A stretch of 39,166 nucleotides of DNA from contig CAZWEM010000046.1 in the NCBI GenBank assembly GCA_964632315.1, forward strand, positions 1 through 39,166, in the 5' to 3' direction. A program made the translations under genes and the position numbers. Source of the DNA: an uncultured archaeon (lineage in GTDB: Archaea; Asgardarchaeota; Lokiarchaeia; Sigyniarchaeales; SOKP01). Of the stretch, positions 18,478 to 27,778 are shown in pieces (within the stretch, counting starts at the first letter, position 1; each line of letters starts with the position of its first letter). The notes below the pieces were generated by a model. The model was given only the letters and a program-made list of their open reading frames with translations. It was not told where the DNA came from and did no database searches.

Positions 18478-19737
18478 TTATTTAATTAGGACGTTTTCTA
18501 TTATACCTAATGCCCAGTCTATTTGTTCCTTCGTTATCACAAGAGGAGGGGCAAATCTAATAATCGTGGAATGAGTATCTTTAGCTAAAATACCATTATC
18601 CTTTAATTCTTCCACGATAGGTCTAGCATTTACTTTAAATTCTAGAGCAATCAATAAACCTTTCCCTCTAACTTCTTTTACAGGAATTTTTGGACCTTTA
18701 GCAACGATTTTTTTTAAGCCTTCCAAAAAATAGGTCCCATTTTCTTTTGCTCTCTGCGCTAGATGATCCTCAATGTGAACTTCAAGTGATTTAGTTCCCA
18801 CTGCGGCTGCAATTGGATTGCCTCCAAATGTTGAACCGTGTGTCCCAGGTTTAATAACATCTGGTCCAATAATATCTTTATTAGCTACTACAGCTGAAAC
18901 TGGATACACTCCTCCACCTAATGCTTTTCCTAATAACAACATATCCGGTTTAACATTTTCGTGATCGCAGGCAAATAATTCACCCGTCCTTCCAAACCCC
19001 GTTTGAATTTCATCAGCTATCATTAAGACATTATATTTTGAGCATATTTCTCTAACTTTTTTGATGTATCCTTCAGGAGGAATATTTATCCCAGCTTCTC
19101 CTTGTATCGGTTCGAAGATGAATCCAGCTACTCTTTCAGGTCCTATTTCAAGGATAATATTCTCTAAAATCTCTGCCATTCCATAGGGAATTATCGTGAA
19201 ACCTGGAGTGTACGGTCCAAAGTTACCATAATACCGTACAGCAGATATATCAGTACTTATTCCTACAATAGTGATGGATCTTCCATGGAAATTATTTCGA
19301 CATACTATAATTTGAGCGTCGTTCTTAGGAATTTTCTTCTTAATATATCCCCACGCTCGAGCAACTTTCAATCCAGTTTCAACAGCTTCAGTACCAGTGT
19401 TCATGGGGAGAGCCATTATCCCTGAATTATTTGGATCATTTAAGTGAGGTCCAACAACTTCACACAATTTCTTTATAAATGGCCCCATTACATCATTATG
19501 AAACGCTCTAGAGGTGAGAGTTACTTTATCTGCTTGTTCTTTTAAGGCTTTAATAATATCTGGATGTCTATGTCCCGTATTTTGACTTGAATAGGCTGAT
19601 AAACAATCTAGATATTTATTTCCTTCCGGATCCCATACCCATACTCCTTCAGCTTTACTAATAACGACGGGAATGGGGTGGTAATTGTGAGCACAATATT
19701 CAAGGTCCATATCAATATAATCTTTTGTTCCTGGCAA
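18478..19737 (-). CDS. rocD: Ornithine--oxo-acid aminotransferase (class III PLP)
   Basis: AHNYHP, YLDCLSAYS, LTSRAF, PMNTGTEAVET, EPIQGEAG, DEIQTGFGRTG, LGKALGGG, HGSTFGGNP. Confidence 0.93.
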   Translation of the reverse strand: MPGTKDYIDMDLEYCAHNYHPIPVVISKAEGVWVWDPEGNKYLDCLSAYSSQNTGHRHPDIIKALKEQADKVTLTSRAFHNDVMGPFIKKLCEVVGPHLNDPNNSGIMALPMNTGTEAVETGLKVARAWGYIKKKIPKNDAQIIVCRNNFHGRSITIVGISTDISAVRYYGNFGPYTPGFTIIPYGMAEILENIILEIGPERVAGFIFEPIQGEAGINIPPEGYIKKVREICSKYNVLMIADEIQTGFGRTGELFACDHENVKPDMLLLGKALGGGVYPVSAVVANKDIIGPDVIKPGTHGSTFGGNPIAAAVGTKSLEVHIEDHLAQRAKENGTYFLEGLKKIVAKGPKIPVKEVRGKGLLIALEFKVNARPIVEELKDNGILAKDTHSTIIRFAPPLVITKEQIDWALGIIENVLIK

Positions 19738-19945
19738 ATTATATCACATTTTTTGATTAAAACACTAATTTTCTAATAGTGTAAATGGTAGATTCCGTTA
19801 AAAGTTTAAGCGTTTATGAGGGAAATATTTGGGAACTCATCATGAATCGGTAAGAGCTCTTAAAAGATGGAATATGGATCTACTTGGTATATTTATAAAT
19901 CATAGAACCCAAGTATCACATATTAAGAGTTATCAATTAAACACT

Positions 19946-21268
19946 ATGCCTATTAAAATATCAAACAAGCTGATCTTCAACATTGTCATCGCAAACCTTT
20001 TTTGGAGTTTTATACCGATAGTTGTAAAAGGATTATTTGCTGATATTTCTATTCTTACTGTTATTTTTCTCAGATTTCTTACTGGAGGGATTGTATTATT
20101 TTTGATTGCCATTCTTTTAATCATCATCAACAATCGCCTTAATATTGACAAAAAAATATCACTTAAACAACTATTTGTAAATTTAAGGCATAAAAATCGA
20201 AGATTTTATGATGTGAGAACTTATCAATATTATTTTCTCATTGGATTTTTCGGTATTATCCTACACATTATTTTTTATTTTTTAAGTCTTAAAACGACAT
20301 CTATTCCTTTCACAATGATAGGATCGCTTCTAACAATAATTTTTATAGCTTTTTACGAAAAGGGGGTCAATTTTGAAAGGTTTGATGTGTTTAGAATATT
20401 ATTTATTACAATAATATCGTTTGCAATCATTATTATCATGTTTGTTTCATTTATGGGAGGTCAAATATCTGGAAACCCTATCCAAGTGCAAGGCTTTATC
20501 TATATCCTCTTATATTCAATAACAGGTTCATTTTTATATATCAGCATTGATAGAGATTCATTTTCAAAGAATGAATTGAGAGACATTAACATAAACAAAT
20601 ATTACAAAATTCCTCGTTCTTTACTTAAAATGGCAATCTCATTTGTCTCTGGAGTCTTGTTTCTCCTTCCAGTTTTATTGATCATTAATATCTTGCCTGT
20701 AGAGATGGATATTACTCAAGAAACACGTGCTTTCTTTTCTGATTTATCATCAATTTTTTCGATACTACAAAGATGGGAAATTATCTATCTTATAGTATTT
20801 GCTACGATTATACCGTATTTATTAATCTTCTTGGCAAACGTTAGTTGGAAATCTAAGAGTTTAACTTATAGCCAATGGAGTAGCATCATTGGGATCATTG
20901 ATCCAATGAATACATTAATTTTTTCCGTGATTTTGGTTGGTACTTATTTCCCCTCTCAGGATTTGTTAGTTGTAATAATATTCCTAGGAATTGCTATCAT
21001 TTTACGATATGCCCATGAAGTAAGGAACATTGTTCAAGCGGTTGTATTCTTGAAAATAAAGAAAGCAAGTTTGAAGACGCTCCCTATAAGAATTTTAAAG
21101 TTTTATGGCGTAAGAAAAATAGATACCTTAATTGGACGATATGATCTAATGCTAACGGTAAAAGTAAATTCCTTTAAAGATTTTCACTATTTGATTAATA
21201 AAAATTTAAAACCTATGAACGAAATTGAAATTATAGAACCACAATTTATCAATAATATTGAGATTTAA
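19946..21268 (+). CDS. DMT/EamA-type transporter with C-terminal Lrp/AsnC ligand-binding (RAM) domain
   Basis: About 10 TM helices with EamA hallmarks (LFWS, IFLRF, YFLSLK, IDP); C-terminal QAVVFLKIK..GVRKIDTLIGRYDLMLTVKV. Start placed at ATG 19946 (MPIK) rather than TTG 19829. Confidence 0.8.
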   Translation: MPIKISNKLIFNIVIANLFWSFIPIVVKGLFADISILTVIFLRFLTGGIVLFLIAILLIIINNRLNIDKKISLKQLFVNLRHKNRRFYDVRTYQYYFLIGFFGIILHIIFYFLSLKTTSIPFTMIGSLLTIIFIAFYEKGVNFERFDVFRILFITIISFAIIIIMFVSFMGGQISGNPIQVQGFIYILLYSITGSFLYISIDRDSFSKNELRDININKYYKIPRSLLKMAISFVSGVLFLLPVLLIINILPVEMDITQETRAFFSDLSSIFSILQRWEIIYLIVFATIIPYLLIFLANVSWKSKSLTYSQWSSIIGIIDPMNTLIFSVILVGTYFPSQDLLVVIIFLGIAIILRYAHEVRNIVQAVVFLKIKKASLKTLPIRILKFYGVRKIDTLIGRYDLMLTVKVNSFKDFHYLINKNLKPMNEIEIIEPQFINNIEI

Positions 21269-21283
21269 TAATAGAGGGCGAAA

Positions 21284-21523
21284 ATGAGAGCCATAATTTT
21301 ATGTAAACTAGGTATTAATGTGATCAAGAAAGTAATTGAGGAACTCAAATCAATACCCCAAGTCAAGAAGGTAATGTCCTTGACGGGCGATTATGATGTA
21401 CTCGTTGAGGTAGAAGTCGAAAACTCTGAAGAGTTATTTGAAATTTTCTCTGAAAAAATAGACATGATTGAAGGCATAATAGCATCTAACACCCATGTAA
21501 TTATGAAAGCGTGGGAGAAGTAA
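21284..21523 (+). CDS. Stand-alone Lrp/AsnC ligand-binding (RAM) domain protein, no HTH
   Basis: MRAIILCK..ELKSIPQVKKVMSLTGDYDVLVEV..IEGIIASNTHVIM, 79 aa. Confidence 0.92.
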   Translation: MRAIILCKLGINVIKKVIEELKSIPQVKKVMSLTGDYDVLVEVEVENSEELFEIFSEKIDMIEGIIASNTHVIMKAWEK

Positions 21524-21532
21524 GAAGAGGAA

Positions 21533-22081
21533 TTACCTGTTTATTTTTGAGAGAACACCTGTTAAGAGGTTGGAAAAGGCTTTTTCTACGTTATCACCCG
21601 ATTTGGCGCTTGTTTCGATGAAATCTCTAGCCTTAATTTTTTCAGCTACCGTTTTACCTTCTTTAGTTGTTATCCCTCTTGAGCCTTCTAAATCACTTTT
21701 ATTTCCAATTAATAAGAATGATGCATTTTCTTTACCGTATGTAATAAGATCCGGATACCATTTAGACTCCACACTTTCCAAGGTGGAAGGTCTTGTTAAA
21801 TCGTAAACAAAAAGCGCTCCAGAACATCCTTGAAAAAACATCCTGCGAGAAAGCTCATAACGTTCTTGACCTGCTATGTCCCAAATAATTAATTTCACTT
21901 TTAGGTTCTTTTCTTTTACTTCAATATCCTTAATCAGAATGTTAACCCCTAATGAAGCGTTGTATTGCTCATTAAACTTATGATGAATGTATTGATCAAT
22001 GAGCGAAGTTTTTCCTGTAGCTGGGTCTCCTAAAAGGGCTATTTTATACATTAAATCGGTTTTCTCGGGTTCAGACATCAC
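21533..22081 (-). CDS. Rab-like small GTPase (Ras superfamily, Asgard type)
   Basis: G1 GDPATGKTS, G3 WDIAGQE, G4 GNKSD, G5 ETSAK; RabF-like KLIIW; no C-terminal Cys motif. Confidence 0.95.
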   Translation of the reverse strand: MMSEPEKTDLMYKIALLGDPATGKTSLIDQYIHHKFNEQYNASLGVNILIKDIEVKEKNLKVKLIIWDIAGQERYELSRRMFFQGCSGALFVYDLTRPSTLESVESKWYPDLITYGKENASFLLIGNKSDLEGSRGITTKEGKTVAEKIKARDFIETSAKSGDNVEKAFSNLLTGVLSKINR

Positions 22082-22160
22082 ATTTTACCTAATTTCCAAT
22101 ATAAATTATTTTAGTATTCATTCAAATTATAATTTTATGATTGTGATTTCTTTTTCATAT

Positions 22161-23753
22161 TCAATATCCAATAGCTTGTCCATCTTTTCGAGGATCTGAA
22201 GCAGCTAAGTAACCTTCATCTAATTTATAGATTATTTGACCTCCTCCAAAATTGAAATATAGATCTTCCTTAATAGAATGACCCTTTCTAGTTAATTTAT
22301 TGATGCTATTCTTATTAAATTCACTTTCAACTTTAGCGTTCAACCCATTTATCACCCTCCAGCGAGGTGCATCTAACGCAGTTTGGGGATTTTGACCATA
22401 TTCAAAAATACGAATCATCATTTGAGCATGTCCTTGAGGCTGCATCTCTCCTCCCATCACGCCAAAGCTCATAATAGGCTTTCCTTTTTGAGTCACAAAT
22501 CCAGGAATTATGGTGTGAAATGGTCGCTTATTGGGTCCAACTTGATTAGGGTGACCTTCAATCAAGTTAAATCCATTTCCCCTATTTTGAAGGCTAATTC
22601 CAGTTCCGGGAATAACTATTCCAGATCCAAAGCCCATATAATTGGATTGAATGTATGAAACCATCATTCCGTCCTCATCAGCAGCAGTTAAATATACTGT
22701 ATCACCTTCTTTTGGGATCCCGTGTTTAAAGATTTCAGCGCGAGTTAAGTCTATTTCTAAAGCCCTGTGTTTCAAATAATCATCATCTAGTAAGTGCACA
22801 GGATCAAATTCCAAGGTTGAGGGATCGGAGATATATCGATATGCATCAGAAAATGCGAGTTTCATTGCTTCTAGTTGAATGTGAATCGCTTCAGGAGAAT
22901 CTGGGTCGAACTCACTAATATCAAAATTCTTCAAGATCCCCAACATGATTAATGCAGTTATACCTTGTCCATTTGGAGGAATCTCATGTAAAGTTACTCC
23001 TTTATAATCCATAGAAAGAGATTTTTCCCAACTGACTTTGTGATTTTCAAGATCTTGGAGTGTCATAACTCCCCCTGTATTTTCAGAATGAGATACAATC
23101 TTTTTTGCTAATTCTCCACTATAAAAGGCTTCACCTTTTGTTTGAGCAATCTTTCTTAGGGTTTCTGCTTGAGGAAGACACTTAAATAACTGACCAGGCG
23201 AGGGTGGTTTTCCATTGATCATGAATGTTTCATAAAATTCGGGATATAATCGTTTTTTATACATTTTAGCGAGATAACCCCATATCTCGGCTGTTACTGG
23301 AGAAACAATGAATCCTTTCTCAGCATACCTTATTGCTGGCTTAAATAATTCTTCAAATGATAATTGTCCATACTTATTTGATAATTCCACCCATGCGGAT
23401 ACTGCGCCTGGAATGGTAGTAGCATCCCAACCAAACATTGGCATTGATTTTCTGCGTGAAAAATACTCTGGAGTCCATGCAGCGGGAGATCTTCCAGAAG
23501 CATTCAAACCTTTAAGTGATTTTCCGTCCCAAATTAAAGCGAACGCATCACTACCAATTCCATTATTTACCGGTTCAACCACGGTTAGGGTGATAGCGGT
23601 CGCAATCGCAGCATCTACAGCATTACCTCCATTTAATAACATTTTTATACCAGCTTGACACGCAAGAGGTTGCGAAGTTGCGATAACATTTTCAGCTAGA
23701 ATAGGCATTCTACGAGAAGGATATTTAAAGTTCCATCCAAACTTTCCGAACAT
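22161..23753 (-). CDS. ggt: Gamma-glutamyltransferase family protein (cytoplasmic)
   Basis: ATSQPLA, GGNAVDAAIA, GLNASGRSP, catalytic GD/TVYL, RPFHTIIP, GVMGGEMQPQGH, SDPRKDG; no signal peptide. Confidence 0.94.
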   Translation of the reverse strand: MFGKFGWNFKYPSRRMPILAENVIATSQPLACQAGIKMLLNGGNAVDAAIATAITLTVVEPVNNGIGSDAFALIWDGKSLKGLNASGRSPAAWTPEYFSRRKSMPMFGWDATTIPGAVSAWVELSNKYGQLSFEELFKPAIRYAEKGFIVSPVTAEIWGYLAKMYKKRLYPEFYETFMINGKPPSPGQLFKCLPQAETLRKIAQTKGEAFYSGELAKKIVSHSENTGGVMTLQDLENHKVSWEKSLSMDYKGVTLHEIPPNGQGITALIMLGILKNFDISEFDPDSPEAIHIQLEAMKLAFSDAYRYISDPSTLEFDPVHLLDDDYLKHRALEIDLTRAEIFKHGIPKEGDTVYLTAADEDGMMVSYIQSNYMGFGSGIVIPGTGISLQNRGNGFNLIEGHPNQVGPNKRPFHTIIPGFVTQKGKPIMSFGVMGGEMQPQGHAQMMIRIFEYGQNPQTALDAPRWRVINGLNAKVESEFNKNSINKLTRKGHSIKEDLYFNFGGGQIIYKLDEGYLAASDPRKDGQAIGY

Positions 23754-23856
23754 CTTGATTATCTTATATGCATACTTATTGATATTATTTGAGTTTTCCT
23801 CATAAATTAAAAATATAGTTGAATATGACTTCCTTTATATTCAATTTAAAAATAAA

Positions 23857-24171
23857 TTGAAAACAAGCACTAACAATTTTACTTTAACGGGGTCCTTAGT
23901 TGACGGAGATAATACATATGAATATATAGGGAAAATCGAATTTAATTCTGATAAGGTTTTACAACATGTTCACGATGAGAGGGGACAAAAAAATTTAGGT
24001 GCTATAGTACGTATCGAACGTTATATTTGGGATTTAACCTATACAGCAGGCACGGGTTCATTACCAAATGGAACCAGTGGAGCAATTCCAGGATATCCTG
24101 CCTTGCTAATAATTTCGATATTGATAATCGATATGATGATTATAATCTGGAAGAAAAAGTTAATCAAGTGA
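23857..24171 (+). pseudogene. Probable C-terminal fragment of a surface protein with a Loki-CTERM-like sorting signal
   Basis: Gly/Ser/Thr linker then AIPGYPALLIISILIIDMMIIIWKKK; TTG start, no signal peptide, Asp within the TM segment. Confidence 0.55.
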
Positions 24172-24952
24172 ATTTCCTATTTTCTAATTCATTAATAAAA
24201 AAGCTTGCTACAATTTCAGCATAAGTTCCAGGTCCAAAACCAGCATCATATCCTAATTCCTTTGCCAATTCATTCGTAATTCTCGGTCCACCACAAATTA
24301 AGATTATTTTTTCTCTAATTCCTTCTGCTTCAAGTAAATCTACTAAATTAGTGAGATTTTTAACGTGGATATCTTTTTGAGTTACTGTTTGTGAAACTAA
24401 AAGAACATCTGCATCCAAACCGATTGCTTTTTTAACGAATTCCTCATTGCTGACTTGACTTCCCAAGTTATATATTTCAATCATTTCATATCTTTCAAGT
24501 CCATAATGACCGGCAAATCCCTTCATATTCATAATTGCATCAATGCCGACAGTATGAGCGTCAGTACCTGTGGTAGCTCCTAACACTACTAATTTTCTTC
24601 CAAAATGTTCTTTAATAAACTGATTAATCTCATCCATACTCATTGGTTTCACACCTAAAGATTCAACTTTAATTACTGTAAGATCAATAGTATGAATTAA
24701 TTCTCCATAGATGATGAAAAAAGTAAATTCTTTGTCAAGAGATTGATGATGTACCACCGAGGGATCTTGAATCCCCATTTTTTTAGCTAGAGCTATTGCT
24801 GCATAAAGAGCTTTTTCTCCATCTTCGATTGGAAGGGTGAAACTGATTTGAACTTCCCCATCATTCAATGTATCTCCATATGGTTTAATTCTCGTTGGAT
24901 CTATTTCCTTATCGTACTCTTTTTTATTAATAGAATAAAGGCCTCCACCCAT
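24164..24952 (-). CDS. kamE: Lysine 5,6-aminomutase beta subunit (B12-binding)
   Basis: KPYGDTLNDG, DAHTVG (DxHxxG), IMNMKG (PLP lysine), GHYGLERY, SQTVTQ, GYDAGFGPG. Confidence 0.96.
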   Translation of the reverse strand: MGGGLYSINKKEYDKEIDPTRIKPYGDTLNDGEVQISFTLPIEDGEKALYAAIALAKKMGIQDPSVVHHQSLDKEFTFFIIYGELIHTIDLTVIKVESLGVKPMSMDEINQFIKEHFGRKLVVLGATTGTDAHTVGIDAIMNMKGFAGHYGLERYEMIEIYNLGSQVSNEEFVKKAIGLDADVLLVSQTVTQKDIHVKNLTNLVDLLEAEGIREKIILICGGPRITNELAKELGYDAGFGPGTYAEIVASFFINELENRKFT

Positions 24953-26539
24953 TTATTTATCTCCTCCTAAACTTTCAATATTCAAATCCCGTGACATTGT
25001 TTCTAGAAATGGATTCAAGTAATCCTTATCTTTGATAATGACCCCCTCTAAACCTTTACCGCCATCAATTGGTCTCTTTATCCCTGCAAATATCCCTTTT
25101 TCAATTGTTTTGAAAAGTCCCTCTCTCTCTATGTTTTTTAAAAGATCAGTTGCTTGTTTTAACACTTCCTCTGCCCTTCGTTGAAGTATACCATTTTCTT
25201 TAAATTGAATCTCATTTCCCAAATCCTTCATATTGTTAAAGATATATCGAGCATTTTCAATGGATAGTGCCCTATCTGACATAAAAGGAGTATGAATTGC
25301 CTCTGTTAACATTCCAAGAAGGTGAATTCTTTGATTTGTAAGGATTGTGACCATATTAAAAAGGGCGTCTTGAACATGACCTTTAAAGATATTACCCGTC
25401 ATAAATTTGGTAGGTGGCATGTACTTTAATGGTGCTTTTGGAAAGATCTCGCGAGCCATTTGAGCTTGAGCCAATTCATATAAAAAACCATTTTCTAATT
25501 CAGGGTTCATTTCAAAGGCATGTCCCAAACCCATTTGTTCTTCAGATAATCCAGCTAATTTAGCAAATTGCTCATTGATGAATTGAGATGCTAACACTGT
25601 ATCAGCGGCTTCGTAGGCATCATCAGTAGTTAAATAGTTATCTTCTCCCGTGTTGATAATTACTCCCGCATAGGCGTTGATCATTCTGGAGAAATGTTGA
25701 TCAATTATCGTTCTTTGCATGTTTATATCTCTGAACAAAATTCCGTATAAGGCATCATTAAGCATCATATCCAATCGTTCCAAAGCGCCCATAGCAGCAA
25801 TTTCGGGCATACATAATCCTGAACAATAATTTGTCAAGCGGATGTACCTTCCTTGTTCTTCACTAACTTCATCTAAAGCAGTCCTCATGAGTCGAAAATT
25901 TTCTTGTGTCGCAAAAGTACCACCAAATCCTTCAGTGGTACTACCATATGGAACATAATCCAATAAGCTCTGTCCCGTAGATCTTATCACAGCAATTACA
26001 TCAGCACCTTGTCTTGCAGCTGCCTTAGCTTGGACGATATCCTCAAAGATATTCCCCGTTGCTACTATTAAATATATCAACGGTTCATTTTTTTCTCCAT
26101 ACTTTTTGATTAAATCCTCCCTAGTTTGCTTGTTTCGTTTAATGATCTCCAGATTTTTACTAATAATTGAGAGCAATGCTTTTTTGATTTCAGGTAATTC
26201 CTCCCAAGAAAGTTCTGCTAGATTTAATTGACCTTGGTAAACTCTTTCAGCAATATCTTGAGGGGACAAATTTGTATGTAAAATTGCATTACCTAAATAT
26301 AGTGCAACTCCCTTGTTTATTTGACCCTTTTTAATTACATGATCTACAACGACATTGGGCAATGGTACTCCAAATTCGTCCGTACCGTTAATGCCTAATA
26401 ATCTACATATAGTTCTCTCTATAGAGGTTGTAGTATGTTGGTCTATGAATTTCTGAATATCAATAACTATTTTTTTGGCAATTTTCCTAGCATCATCTAC
26501 CAATTTAAAGTTCAAATTCAACTTATTTTTTACTCCCAT
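24953..26539 (-). CDS. kamD: Lysine 5,6-aminomutase alpha subunit
   Basis: VATGNIFED, AVIRSTGQSLLDYVPYG, NYCSGLCMPE, NTGEDNYLT, KYMPPTK, GMLTEAIHTP; abuts kamE. Confidence 0.96.
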   Translation of the reverse strand: MGVKNKLNLNFKLVDDARKIAKKIVIDIQKFIDQHTTTSIERTICRLLGINGTDEFGVPLPNVVVDHVIKKGQINKGVALYLGNAILHTNLSPQDIAERVYQGQLNLAELSWEELPEIKKALLSIISKNLEIIKRNKQTREDLIKKYGEKNEPLIYLIVATGNIFEDIVQAKAAARQGADVIAVIRSTGQSLLDYVPYGSTTEGFGGTFATQENFRLMRTALDEVSEEQGRYIRLTNYCSGLCMPEIAAMGALERLDMMLNDALYGILFRDINMQRTIIDQHFSRMINAYAGVIINTGEDNYLTTDDAYEAADTVLASQFINEQFAKLAGLSEEQMGLGHAFEMNPELENGFLYELAQAQMAREIFPKAPLKYMPPTKFMTGNIFKGHVQDALFNMVTILTNQRIHLLGMLTEAIHTPFMSDRALSIENARYIFNNMKDLGNEIQFKENGILQRRAEEVLKQATDLLKNIEREGLFKTIEKGIFAGIKRPIDGGKGLEGVIIKDKDYLNPFLETMSRDLNIESLGGDK

Positions 26540-26611
26540 AGTCTTAAGACCTTAAACAGAAAATTAGTTTTCTTAGAATTATGTGCTTTAATAATTCAAG
26601 CAAATTATATT

Positions 26612-27664
26612 TTAGTATTTACTTGGTCCAAGATCGTAAATTGGAATAGAAATTCCTTTTTCTAATTCGCTTAAGAATTTAGACTTGTTAAATTGATATC
26701 CTAAGGGTGAAGTAGGATTAATTGTAAGAATAAGGACTCGAATCTGATTCAAAACCCGTATTGTCCCTCCTTTTTTCAAATATTGTTCAAAAACACGTTT
26801 ATTCAGAAATAGTTTAGTAGCATCTGGAACAAGAATCTTAATGTTTTTATAATAATCAGTCTTTTTCATGAATTCTTCTAGGAATTTGTCTGTAATGGCT
26901 CCATTTATCACTAAATATCGTGATGAGGGGCTAATTTCTTGTAATATTTCTTCAACGGAACCTAATGCAGTAGGCAAGGGTAATGTTCTTGTTGAATTAT
27001 TTTCATCAATGATTCCAATTTTTGTATTTAAAATAAGTGTATTGGCTAATTTCACGATTAGAGGGTTTTGCTCTTTTTCTACCCCCAATAAATTAATTGT
27101 ATGATGGGTAAGATTTATGACTTCATTCATTTTTTTTGAGACTGAAGCGCCAGTAGATAATATTGTTGCATGAGATATTAAAGGAGATGCATAAGAACGT
27201 CGATCAAAAGCACCATCAATAAGCACTATATCACATCCTAAATGAAGTAAATAATTGCATACTTGTTTCAATTCGGAATTAATTGAAGGTCCAGCTAATT
27301 CGACTAACCCACTACCTAAAGTTCGAACAATCTGAATCTCACCCATAGGTGTGTTGATTCCTGTCTTTTTTACTACTTTCGATTTTACTTCGCTATTTTC
27401 TAAGCTTTGCTGAGCTGTTGCTAAGTAAGTTCCCTCTTCAATCTTTATGCGTGGTTTTGGCATGTTGGTAATAGCGTCATATTTTTCTCCATCTCTTCCA
27501 ATTGAAGTAAGCCCTAGTTTATACTCTCCTTTTAGAACTTGGATGATGTGATTTAAAGTTGTTGTTTTGCTCACATTTTTTGCAAGACCGATAATTGAAA
27601 TGATCTTATATTGTTTTACAACAGTTTTAATTAAATCGGTGAATTCCATAACGAAATTACTCAT
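26612..27664 (-). CDS. kamB: KamB-like lysine 5,6-aminomutase accessory/reactivase subunit
   Basis: ISIIGLAKNVSKTTTLN (P-loop-like), GLTSIGRDGE, PKPRI, LAGP, LIDGAFDR, ILSTGA; directly upstream of kamD. Confidence 0.75.
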   Translation of the reverse strand: MSNFVMEFTDLIKTVVKQYKIISIIGLAKNVSKTTTLNHIIQVLKGEYKLGLTSIGRDGEKYDAITNMPKPRIKIEEGTYLATAQQSLENSEVKSKVVKKTGINTPMGEIQIVRTLGSGLVELAGPSINSELKQVCNYLLHLGCDIVLIDGAFDRRSYASPLISHATILSTGASVSKKMNEVINLTHHTINLLGVEKEQNPLIVKLANTLILNTKIGIIDENNSTRTLPLPTALGSVEEILQEISPSSRYLVINGAITDKFLEEFMKKTDYYKNIKILVPDATKLFLNKRVFEQYLKKGGTIRVLNQIRVLILTINPTSPLGYQFNKSKFLSELEKGISIPIYDLGPSKY

Positions 27665-27778
27665 AAAACGATTTTAATTAAGATATATTAAAAATTCTTC
27701 CAATAATAATTTTGATTGCATAATATTATATATTCTAATGAGAAATCTATACTAATTAATATTTAATTAGGAAAAATA

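Noticed and set aside
19820-19833. GGG-AAATATTT-GGG upstream of rocD as a fifth operator
   Set aside because: The right half-site is GGG, not CCC (three mismatches), so it was not counted.
19829-19945. 39-codon N-terminal extension of the DMT ORF from TTG 19829
   Set aside because: It covers the divergent promoter region (TTTATAAA at ~19892); ATG 19946 directly precedes TM1.
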